From NCBI RefSeq assembly GCF_964188315.1, contig NC_135668.1, forward strand, positions 28,830,001 to 28,894,000: a stretch of DNA of 64,000 nucleotides, read 5' to 3'. The stretch is from Podarcis muralis (lineage: Eukaryota). Within the stretch, counting starts at the first letter, position 1. Every line of letters starts with the position of its first letter. A program made the position numbers and the translations under genes. Under the pieces are notes generated by a model. It was not told the DNA's origin. It saw nothing but the letters and a program-made list of their open reading frames with translations, and searched no databases. Shown in pieces: positions 49,704-59,361 of the stretch.

Positions 49704-50342
49704 TCAGCGCTGCAATCCTAACATTAGGGCTGTGGACAACAAGAGCCCCAAGACCATCAGGGCAGTGGCACAGAAGAGTCCAGGGTAGTGGTCCCACAAG
49801 AGGCAGCAGGTTTCCCAGCATCTGGATACGGGGTGGGCGACAATGAGCTCCCTGGGGTCAGACCCTCGGGGCGCGGCAGCCTTGAGCAATTCCAGGGTCA
49901 CAAGCACCGCAAAGGCCTCTTCTTCTTTTGCATTCCCTGGCAGCTTCCTGCGCCAGCACAGACGGAAGCCGTCCAGCCAGACCTCCTGCACCTCCCTCAT
50001 CCACGGGGGGAACTGCTGGACGATGTCCATGTTGACTGGAAGCCTGGGGACTCCTCCGCAGGGTAAGGGGACGCTCCCCCTGCAGAGTGGGCACTGGAAG
50101 CTCTGGCTTGACTTGAGGAAGACGCACAGCCTGGCCAGGCACTCCAAGCAGAAGGTGTGGGAGCAAGGCAGGAGGCGAGGGGCCCTGAAGACATCGTCGA
50201 AGGAGAGGTAGCAAATGGGACACTCCGCTGCAGATGCCCCTTCTTCCACTGTTCGGCTTGCAGCAGTAGGAGAAGGGTCCATTGCTTCCACCTGCCCCTG
50301 GCCAGACCTGGAGCCACTTTCCAGAGAGTCCAAAACCTCCAT
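49704..50342 (-). CDS. Transmembrane RING-HC E3 ubiquitin ligase of the RNF183/RNF186/RNF223 family (single coding exon; alternative ATG at 50282)
   Basis: C3HC4 RING CPIC..PCSHTFCLEC..CPLC, a VWLDG..LC motif and a C-terminal hydrophobic helix GLFCATALMVLGLLLSTALMLGL. The ORF track start at 50360 is a GTG. Confidence 0.88.
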   Translation of the reverse strand: MEVLDSLESGSRSGQGQVEAMDPSPTAASRTVEEGASAAECPICYLSFDDVFRAPRLLPCSHTFCLECLARLCVFLKSSQSFQCPLCRGSVPLPCGGVPRLPVNMDIVQQFPPWMREVQEVWLDGFRLCWRRKLPGNAKEEEAFAVLVTLELLKAAAPRGSDPRELIVAHPVSRCWETCCLLWDHYPGLFCATALMVLGLLLSTALMLGLQR

Positions 50343-50869
50343 AGGGATAGACTTCCCCACCTCACAGGTCCGTGATTCCTGGTCTCCTTGCTGAGAGTGG
50401 CCTCACCAACCTTAGTTTGATGAAGGGCTCAGATGAGAACCGGAGCCTCTGGAGTTTCTCATGGTGGTGGGACCCTGGCCACAAGAGTCCTCCAGGCTGC
50501 TTGAAATCCTCCAGCCACTCCAGACTCAGAGGCCACCTCTGGGACCCTCTTGAGGGAGCTCTCAGCCCTCCTCCCAAGATGAGCTCCTGTGCATCTAGCC
50601 AGTGAGACTGGGCAACCAGCCTTGTGTTTGACACCTTCCCTCCCTCTGTGTGGGCAGCGAGTCCTTCTGCTTGCTTAGCAACTGGGGCTGGGCAGTGCTG
50701 GCCGGCCTGGTCTGGTCTGGCAGGGCAACAGCAATGGGGGGGGGTATCCCTTTAAATGCTGGTGCTCCCTGCATTTGCGTGTCCCTCCCAGCCATTCCAC
50801 TTTTGCTGCCCAACCTGTTCTTAGCTACACACCTCCTTGAGTTATGTTTAATCTGCAAACAAAAGCTTT

Positions 50870-51134
50870 TGTTAAGTTGTGGGTGAACATATCAGACGAC
50901 ACAGTGATTCTTCAAACAGCTCGTGTTTATTCACAGGCCAGAACAGAACTGGGCTGAAGGGTTCCGCCAACCTGCTTATATAGGGCTCCACTACAAAAGC
51001 TACAGTAACAACTTTCTGTAACTATCCAATCACTGAACGTCGCTTTCCATTCCTTATTTGCATATGTGGACCTGAGTGAAAACTATCTACAGTATCCCCC
51101 TGCCGGCCCAGGGTGAGAACTTCAGTACATAACA
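50870..51134 (-). mobile_element. Solo LTR (about 265 bp)
   Basis: TG...CA ends on both strands. On minus, in order: octamer (51056-51063), CCAAT (51026-51030), TATA (50976-50982), AATAAA (50926-50931). 5-bp flanks gcttt/ccttt. Confidence 0.7.
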
Positions 51135-52611
51135 CCTTTGTCCAGGAAGTGACTGCATGCCCTCCAAGTGTCCTGGTTCTCCAGGGACAGTTCTGGAATT
51201 ACGAAAGCCATCCCAGCTTCCCAGAATGTCCCTATTTTCCCTGCCAGCGCTGCCACTGCCGAAATCCAGGAGGAGGAGGAGGAACTGGTGCTTGTCCCAA
51301 GGGATGGTGGTTGCAGTGTTGAACTTCTTTCGCCAGCCAAGTTTGCGCAGTGACTGGGTCGATGGAATAAAAACTTGCCCGCAATATTTTTTGCTTACTT
51401 TATTTTTAAATAATAACCAAACAGCTGCAACTCACCGCTCTACACTAGCCAGTACCGTACAAAGCATTTGGTCAACTTAAATACAGTTTTCAAAATAACC
51501 GATTACCCTATCACATTGCTGCATTTGGTGCAGTAGGTAAACTCCCCCTGCTAATTAGTTAAATTAAGATACCTCAGGTGTGCTGCCATGCAGGTTATAA
51601 TTAAAAACACACACCTCTGAGTAGCACCATTGACCACCTCAATATTAAGAAAACCTAACACGCAGCAGTGAGGGAGCATCCCATGACCTCTCCATGGTTG
51701 CTGCTGCCGGCCTCCTCCTTAGGCAACTCGTAGTGGCTGCCGGAGAGTGGGCAAGGAGGAGAAGCTGCCCCTTTCTAAAATATATATATATTGGTGTGTG
51801 CTTTTCCTGGATTATCTCATGAGGATCATCTAGTCCAACCCCCTGCACTGAGGGACTCTTTTGCCCAACGCAGGACTTAAAAACTATAAGGTATAGCGTA
51901 TTTTTTTTCCACCCCAGTGACTTGGATGGGTGAGGAAATACAGGACAGCCATTTTAATCAAAATCTGAGATGTATTAGTTAATAAAAATATATATGTGGC
52001 GATCTGTCATTGAACAACCACATTGAAGAAGGTCACAGGGGCAACCCAAATCTTGTTGCTGGATGCGAAGGGGCCCCAAAACTCCATGGCCTGACTCAGT
52101 AGAAAGCAGTTTCCTTTGCTCATATATTACTCTTGCAGTGGGACTTCTGCAATTTCTGGTATTGTGCTGGGTAAAGAGTCCGAGAGGTTTTCTCAGGCCT
52201 TCTTTTTAAAACTTGAAATGATGGGGACTGAATTTGGGAACTTTAGCATGCAGAGCTGATGCTGTACCACAGAGACAGCACCCCACCTAAATCCTAAAAG
52301 GGAGATAAAAATAAAATAAAATAATATTTTGTGGCACCTGAGCTTTGCCATGTAGTAACACTTCATGAGAATTTTTTATATGAAACGCGCTGAGTACAAA
52401 GACTGCATTGTCTATGAACTCTTACATCTGGCAAGGAATGTAGAAGCATCATTATAGCTTTGAATCCATTTGCAATTGTAATTCATGGAAGTGACTTGCT
52501 GTGACAGCCGAGGTTATAAGTACCTTTTATGCTCTTAAAAACTGATTGCCTTTCATATCCCTAAATCTCTTTGTAGATTTTCCACAAGCATTTTATTCTC
52601 GCTCTATGCGT

Positions 52612-52639
52612 GCGTGCGTGTGTGTGTGTGTGTGTGTGT
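52612..52639. repeat. (TGCG)n/(TG)n alternating purine-pyrimidine tract
   Basis: Seen directly. Confidence 0.9.
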
Positions 52640-53484
52640 TTGAGGCAAGTTCTTGACATGACACTGCAATCGCACATGTCGCCATAGAAACCACCTGTGG
52701 GACAATTTTTTTGGGGGGGTTGGGGTGTTTTTTTTAAAGTGATGTGGATGTAGTTGCATTTGATCTTGGAGACCGCTTTTGGTTAATGAACAATGAAGAG
52801 AAACAGCCTATAATTAAAACACCTTCACTGCGACATTTTAATGATGGCCAATTAAAATGATGGTTTAATTTTGGCTCACATTCATGTTAATTTCCTGTCC
52901 TATAAGGAAGGTCAGTGTGCCATTGGTTAAGACTGCAATCCTGCAGCCAGTGACCTAGGATTAAGACCTACTGAACTTAAATGAGCTTAGTCTGGAGAAA
53001 ATATGTGGAAGACTGTACTGTTGGTAAGATAACAAGGGAGAAATATTACCCTGCAGCAAAAATTACTGGGAAATTTTGGATGCCAGGCACACCAAATTTG
53101 TGCAAGCAACCTTCTCCAATGCAGTGCCCTCCTTTTTTTTTTGAACTACAACTCGCATCAGCCCTAGCAAGCATGGCTGTATTGCAGACGTTCCAAGTGT
53201 GTCTATTTTCCAGCGACAGTCTCGGATTTACAGAAGCTGTCCCAGTTTCTGATTTTATACCAGAATGTCCCGCTTTCCCTTTGGATGTTCAAATTTGCAT
53301 CAGAGAAATGTGGATATTATGGAGTTATCTGACCCCCAAGCCATCTGAAGGCAGCCCTGTATTGGGAAGTTTATTAATATTTTATATTTTGTTATGTTTT
53401 TATAGATGCTGGAAGCTGCCCAGAGTAGTGGGGCAACCCAGTCAGATGGGTGGGGGTATAAATATCATTATCATCATCATGAAA

Positions 53485-53693
53485 TTGTTGTTGTTGTTTA
53501 GTTGTGTCCGACTCTTCGTGACCCCATGGACCAGAGCACGCCAGGCACTCCTGTCTTCCACTGCCTCCCGCAGTTTGGTCAAACTCATGCTGGTAGCTTC
53601 GAGAACACTATCCAACCATCTCGTCCTCTGTCGTCCCCTTCTCCTTGTGCCCTCCATCTTTCCCAACATCAGGGTCTTTTCCAGGGAGTCTTC
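53485..53693 (-). mobile_element. RTE-BovB 3' fragment within a nested repeat cluster (about 53178-53740)
   Basis: Reverse complement of 3270-3479. Flanked by an L2 tail and DNA-transposon-like ends (ccctattttcatc...gttggagggtatg). Confidence 0.85.
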
Positions 53694-54156
53694 ATAGAAT
53701 GTCCCTATTTTCATCGAAGAAATGTTGGAGGGTATGCAGCTAGTAAGCGTATATTTGGATGAGGCTGCAAAGGGCGTGGAAGGGCCCAGTCACCGTGGTA
53801 ACGCCCTTTTCTCCAACCTATAGCCTGCAGCCAAAGTCAGCCGCACTCAGACTAGCCCCACTGACATTAATGGATGTGGCTGACTTGGCTCAACTCTGAT
53901 TACCGCCCTATGCATTTGCTGTTTTTAGTTCCACATCTTCAAAACGAAGTAAAATGACACTTTTTGCATTAATTTGCATATGCAAATCAGTGCTGATAAG
54001 GCCTGCATGCCTGCTGCCTGCACCCCACATTTCGGCTGGTCCGCGATCCTTTAAACTCCTCTTTTCCCCCAAGCTGGTTCTCCATCCATCCAATCCTTCC
54101 TCCCTTTGCACAGGTGAAAATGAAGCAGAGCATCACTTTGCGGACTCCAAATCAAG

Positions 54157-54159
<3 letters not shown>

Positions 54160-54199
<40 letters not shown>
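54160..54199. repeat. (GA)n microsatellite at the promoter edge
   Basis: About 20 GA units. Confidence 0.95.
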
Positions 54200-54203
<4 letters not shown>

Positions 54204-54730
54204 GACCTCCGCGTCATCCGATTGGCTAAAGCGCCGCTAACCGCTCTAACGATTGGCCGGCTCTTCTATCCTAGGCCCGCCTCTCCCTCTCCCTCTCTTC
54301 CCCCTCTTTTTTGCCCTGGCAGAGGCGGAGCAACTCCTGATTGGCCAAGCGGTTGGTGTGTTGTGATTGGGCTTCCGTGCCGAAGAGCTGGAGGGGAGGA
54401 GTAGAGAGCAACCCCGGCCTCCGTCCCTCCCATCCTTGCACACGTCAAATAGACGGGTGCCTTGGTTTGATTGACGGCGCGAGAGCTCTCGCTTGCGGCC
54501 CCGCCCTCTCCTTCCCTGCCTGTGTGGCTCTCGCGGGAAGTCGGAAGGGGGCGGCGTCTCCTCGCCGAGGCTGCTGCTGCTGCTGCTCTCCGCGCGCGCT
54601 CATTCACTCTCTTTCTCTCCTGCTGAGTGGCTGCCTGGGCCGGGCTGCCCCAGAGGAGAACGGAGGGGAGCGGGAAAAAACCCCTGTGTTTCAAGGACCC
54701 GTCCGCGCAGGTAAGAGGGTGAGGCGGTAG
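54200..54730 (+). promoter_or_regulatory. CpG-island promoter and non-coding first exon of an unidentified gene (donor after 54710)
   Basis: ATTGG boxes at 54221, 54252, 54340 and 54366; GC boxes; CpG-rich UTR-like sequence without ATG; donor GCAG|GTAAGA at 54710/54711. Confidence 0.7.
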
Positions 54731-57402
54731 GGCAGCCAGTCAAAAGTGGGGTGCTGTGTTTGTGGGTGCGGCGCCCTTTTCTCCCTTGGAAGAGCCAAAT
54801 GGGGTGGGTGGGTTGGAAGAAGGAAAGGGGTGGGTCTCCCTCTTGCCTCCTGGGGAGGGGTGTCTCCTCATTTGGGGGTGTTTGGGGAGGGAGGTCTTCT
54901 CAGTATTTGGGGAGGGGGTTAGAGGAGGCCAGCAAGTCCAGGAAAGGATTGGGGGGGGGTGTCCTGTGGGTGGCTTACTCTCTCCCAGTAACTTTCCTAC
55001 CTTATGTATTTGAGAGACAGTCCCCCCTTTTTTACTGTTGGTGGAAGTTGAGGGGGGTCCTCTTTCCATTCCCTCCCCTAAAATTATAGATACAAATGAG
55101 AGAGAGAGAGGAGGTACCTTTTCCTGAGAAAAAGGGTTTTTGTTGCTGGGGGGGTGCTCTGTTTCCCCCTCTTTCATAACAGGCAGGGTTAGGGTCTGGC
55201 CTTCCTTCTGGGACTGGGTTGAACCCATGACTGCCCCCCATTGCACAACAAGCACAGCTGGCCTTTGTTGAGCTCTTCCCTTTCCTTGCCCCAGGAGTCA
55301 GGGTTTTTTTTGGGTGCTTCTCTAGATAACTCTTTTTCTTCCCCTCAGGAAACATGGTGGGTAACAGCTGTGTTAGTGTTGGCTGTGTCAATGTGCAGGT
55401 AGCCCTTTGCAAAGTGACTTTGGCAAAGGGAGGCAGGAGTCTGCCCCAAGAGCCCTACAATGTAAAAAAACAAAACAACCCTTAAAATATGCTTCTTTCA
55501 GTGCTCTGCCTGACTCTAGTGCTAGGGCACCCCAGCTTTCCTCAACCTGTTGCCCATTAGCAGTCTTGGACTACAACTCCCATCAGACGCTGTGTCATAC
55601 GGCTGTGCTGGAGTAGACTTTATGGCTGTGCTGGCTGACACTGATGGGAGTTGTAGTCTACAACAGCTGGACAGCACCAGGTTGGGAAAGACTCCTCTAG
55701 TTGTGATTGTTCTGAGAAGGCTACTAGCCATGATGGCTATGCTGTGCCTCCAAGGTTGGAGGCAGGAGTGCTTCTGAATACAGTTGCTGGAAACCATAGA
55801 AGGGGACAGTGCTCATGTGCTCAGGTCTCGCTTGCCGGTTTCCCTTTGGGCTGTCTGGTTGGCCACAGGATGCTGGACTAGAAGGGGCATCGGCCTAATC
55901 TAGCAAAACTCTTACATTCTTAAGGTGACTGCAGAGATAACAGTTTTGGTGCTGGTAACAGCCAAAAACTTGCAGGTTTTTTTGTGGTGTGTAGGAGAAG
56001 GAGATATGTCAGGGTTCAATATGTCTGAATGGGCAAATCCAGTGGCTAGCAAGATTTCCATCCACTGTGTCCTGGCCGTGTATGATTCTAGCTGGAAGGA
56101 ACACTTTGAATCTTGGGGTTGCCTGGGGCTTTTTTTTTTGTGTAGTCTCAGTTGTACCCGTTGCACTGTCTTTGAGTCTGGATACTCTATCTGTTCCTTT
56201 CCTTTTGCATGTGAAGTTCGCATTTCTTTTGCTGCAGTCTCTGAGAATCTAGATACGAAATGGAGAGCAGAGCGTTTGGAATTTCACAGAAAAAAGATGT
56301 TGTCCACTTGGGATGTTGATGCTCGCATCATTGTTAAACAGCTGGGTTTGTTGCTGGTGCATTGTGTGGCCTAAAGGATGAAAATTTAGCAACCCTGAGA
56401 AAGGTAATTAGCAAAGCATATGGAAGAATTTATGGTGCATTAGTAAACAGGAGTGCAGATAATTTGCAAGCCTGACTTAACTAGGTATGAAGTGATGCGC
56501 ACTTTCTGGGGGTTGTTAACTTGCAATCTCCAAGGTTGCCCACCTGGTCAAAAGAGCAGCTCCTTTGTGTTTGTTTCACTGCTGTGCAGGTGTAGTCTGG
56601 GCTTGGGATCAAGTTTGTGAATAGCTCTTTGTGTGGTGCCAGCACCTGCGCTCTCAGGACCGAGGCAGCAAAGCGAACCTTGTGAAAAAATGGTGTTGCA
56701 TGAGTTAGCTGGAGAGGAGCTGTTTGAAAAACAAAGGCAGCTCTCCTGGTCTTAATTTAGCACCTATTACCAAAAACGATGCCAAGTATTCTTTGGGGAG
56801 CCGTGGGTGTCACAATGTGGGGGGGGGGGATGTGGTTTTATAAAGAGGCGCTGCTGTCATTTGACGTAACCAGTGTTGGAAATGCTGTGAATGGTCTGTA
56901 TTGTAGGTGACTGCAAGGTGTGCTTAGGTCTTGCGTCTTTCCAGACTCGTATGGGGAAAGTATTTCCGTGTAGGAATAAGAATTCTTAGAACTGGTATAG
57001 TGTGGCACAGTCTTCATCAACCTGGAGCCTTCCAGATGTTTTGGATGACAACTCCCATCAGATGCAGCTCAGCACATCCATATTCCCTTCAGAAGCAGCA
57101 TCATACAGCTGTGTTGACTGGCAGTGTTAGAAACTCAGATAAATAAGCTAATTGCCAAATGGCACCTTAAACTTAAGTTATGGTCACCACAATGAAATGT
57201 CTAGGCACTTTTTTTTTTTCCTGTGGAATTTGTTATTATTTTTATATCACTTCGTATTTTAAAGAAGAAAATCTCAAAGCAAATAAAACAAATTCAAGCT
57301 TCAAGGAAAATATTTTAGACCCTTTTTAAAGTGACATTTTGCTTTCCCCATATTTATTTACCTACTTAGTTTATATAGCTGCCCCATGTCGGAAGTGCTC
57401 TA

Positions 57403-57615
57403 GGAAGCCAGTGTGGTGTAGTAGTTAGAGTGTTGCACTAGGATATTGGAGATCAGGTTTAAATCTCAATTCAGTCAGGAAACTCACTGGGTGACCTTGG
57501 GCCAGTCACAGCCTCTTAACCTACCTCAGGATCGTTGTAGGGATTAACTGGGGGGGGGGGAGGGGGGAACCATGTACTCCTTGGAGAAAAAGATGGGATA
57601 TAAATGCAGTAAGTA
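57403..57615 (+). mobile_element. tRNA-derived CORE/MIR-like SINE (Squam3-like)
   Basis: gccagtgtggtgtagtagttagag A-box, B-box-like ggtttaaatc, CORE-like ctgggtgaccttgggccagtcac. Minus copies at about 5270-5425 and 60710-60890. Confidence 0.7.
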
Positions 57616-58256
57616 AGCTCTTCTGCTTACCCAGGGTTGTCATATTTCAAAAAGTGAAAATCTGGACACAAAAGTTTTTGTTTTTATTTTAGTTTTAGCC
57701 AAAGTTGCTTTTTTCTTTCCTTTTTCAAAATCTCAAATTCAAATTTCTGACTGCTGTACTTTGGCTATGTCTGGATGTACGGCAGCCTTAGCTGAAAGGG
57801 CCAGCCAGATGGAGATGTCAGTCGCCAGCCCAGCAGTCGCCAGCCCAGCATCCAGAGATCCAGTTGCACCCATGACCATTGCAAAATGTGCCTGGCACCT
57901 AGCTAATTTCTAACATTGGTAATAACCAAGGTGCTGGCAGGGGAACCTTAAGAATCCCTAGCTGAAATCTTGCTTCTTGCATGTGCTTACTAGGTTTGAG
58001 AATAGTAATACCTACAGTACTTTTGAGGTCACATTTGATAATATACACAGAACACTTTCAGCATGTTCAACTGCTGTATAAATGCTAAGTACTATTAATA
58101 ATGTGGCACCTATGTGTTGATGGCAGCGCATTATCATTCTGCACCAGAGAATCTCTGAATTTGGGCATTTGTGGCTTCTCAACACATGTGCACACAGCAT
58201 GACTAATCAGAGGCAGTTTCATTAATATTTCTTACATGAAATTGCCTTTGCAATTT

Positions 58257-59361
58257 GAGAGCCAGTGTGGTGTAGTGGTTGCAGTGTTAGACCAGTGTTT
58301 CCCAACCGGTGTTCCGCGGCACAGGAGTGTGCCGTGAGACATCGGCGGGTGTGCCGCGAGATGCCTGGAGGGAGGCGGGCGAGTCGGCGGCGAGAGGCGG
58401 GGCGGCGGCGGCGAGGAGAGGCCGCGCCTCCTGCTGCTGCCTGGCGCTCCTCCTCGCAGCCGGCAGCGCTGCCTGGGCGCCTCCGCGCGACTCTGCCTCG
58501 CTGGGTTTGGTCTCCCAGCAGAGACGGGTCACACGCGCCCCTCCCTCCCTCCCTCAGCCTGCGCGGAGGGAGAGCCAGAGAGAGGCATCGCTCCTGCGCG
58601 CCGGGAGAGGGAGCAGCCGGAGCGATGCCCCTTGAAATCTTCGCCCTGCCTTCTTCTGGAGCGACGGAGAGCCTCTTAAAACTCGTCCGTCCGCTTCTCT
58701 CCCTGCCAAGAGGCGTCCAGCAAGCCGGCTTTGCCAGCGGAGCCAGCCTTGGAACAGACCCATCCGTCAAGCGGGGATTGTGCGTCCTCCTGGACAGAGT
58801 GTAAGCAACCGGGTTTAATTTGGGTTACGCGGAACTCCAGCGCTCAGGGCGGGAGTTTAGGAAATCCAATCGGGTGGCGCCGCTCTTCCTTGGGACCCCA
58901 TGGGGAAACACTGGGGACCTACTTCTAAGCAAACGGGTCTACACGTCTCTCTGCCCCCCCCCCCTTTAACCTTTAGCTTCAAAGCCAGAGCAAACCGAGG
59001 CTAAATCCGTATTTACATAGGATAGCTTTCGTGCGTCCCTCCCGGCGTGACGCTGCGCGCTGACGTCACGGGGCGGGGCTTTAATGGTGGTGTGCCGCGA
59101 GATTTTTTTTCAGTAAACAGGTGTGCCGTTGCCCAAAAAAGTTTGGGAAACACTGTGTTAGACTATGACCTGGCAGACCAGAGTTCAAATCCCTGCTCGG
59201 CCACGAAGCTCGCTAGGTGACCCTGGGCCAGTCACTGCCTCTCCGCCTCACCTGCCTCACAGGGGGGTTGTGCAGATCAAATGAGGACTTGGAGAAAGAA
59301 CCATCTATACCACCTTGAGCTCCTTGGAGAAGAAGGTGGGATATAAATGCAGTCAATAAAT
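58257..59361 (+). mobile_element. CORE/MIR-like SINE split in two by a hAT insertion
   Basis: Head 58257-58292 continues seamlessly at 59164 (tatgacctggcagaccagagttcaaatccc...). Confidence 0.8.
58293..59155. mobile_element. Non-autonomous hAT (Charlie-like) element (863 bp) with CpG-island-like cargo
   Basis: Perfect 13-bp TIR cagtgtttcccaa/ttgggaaacactg, perfect 8-bp TSD tgttagac at 58285-58292 and 59156-59163, subterminal gtgtgccg repeats. Confidence 0.92.

Noticed and set aside
49704-50360. Naming the RING gene RNF183
   Set aside because: Orientation and post-RING sequence do not match my recollection of RNF183; left unnamed.
52981-53697. 238-aa ORF
   Set aside because: Chimera of nested repeat fragments, including antisense BovB.
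57819-57848. 15-bp tandem duplication cagtcgccagcccag
   Set aside because: Simple slippage duplication with no further structure.
58222-58804. About 180-aa ORFs on both strands
   Set aside because: GC-rich interior of the hAT element; no transposase or other motif.
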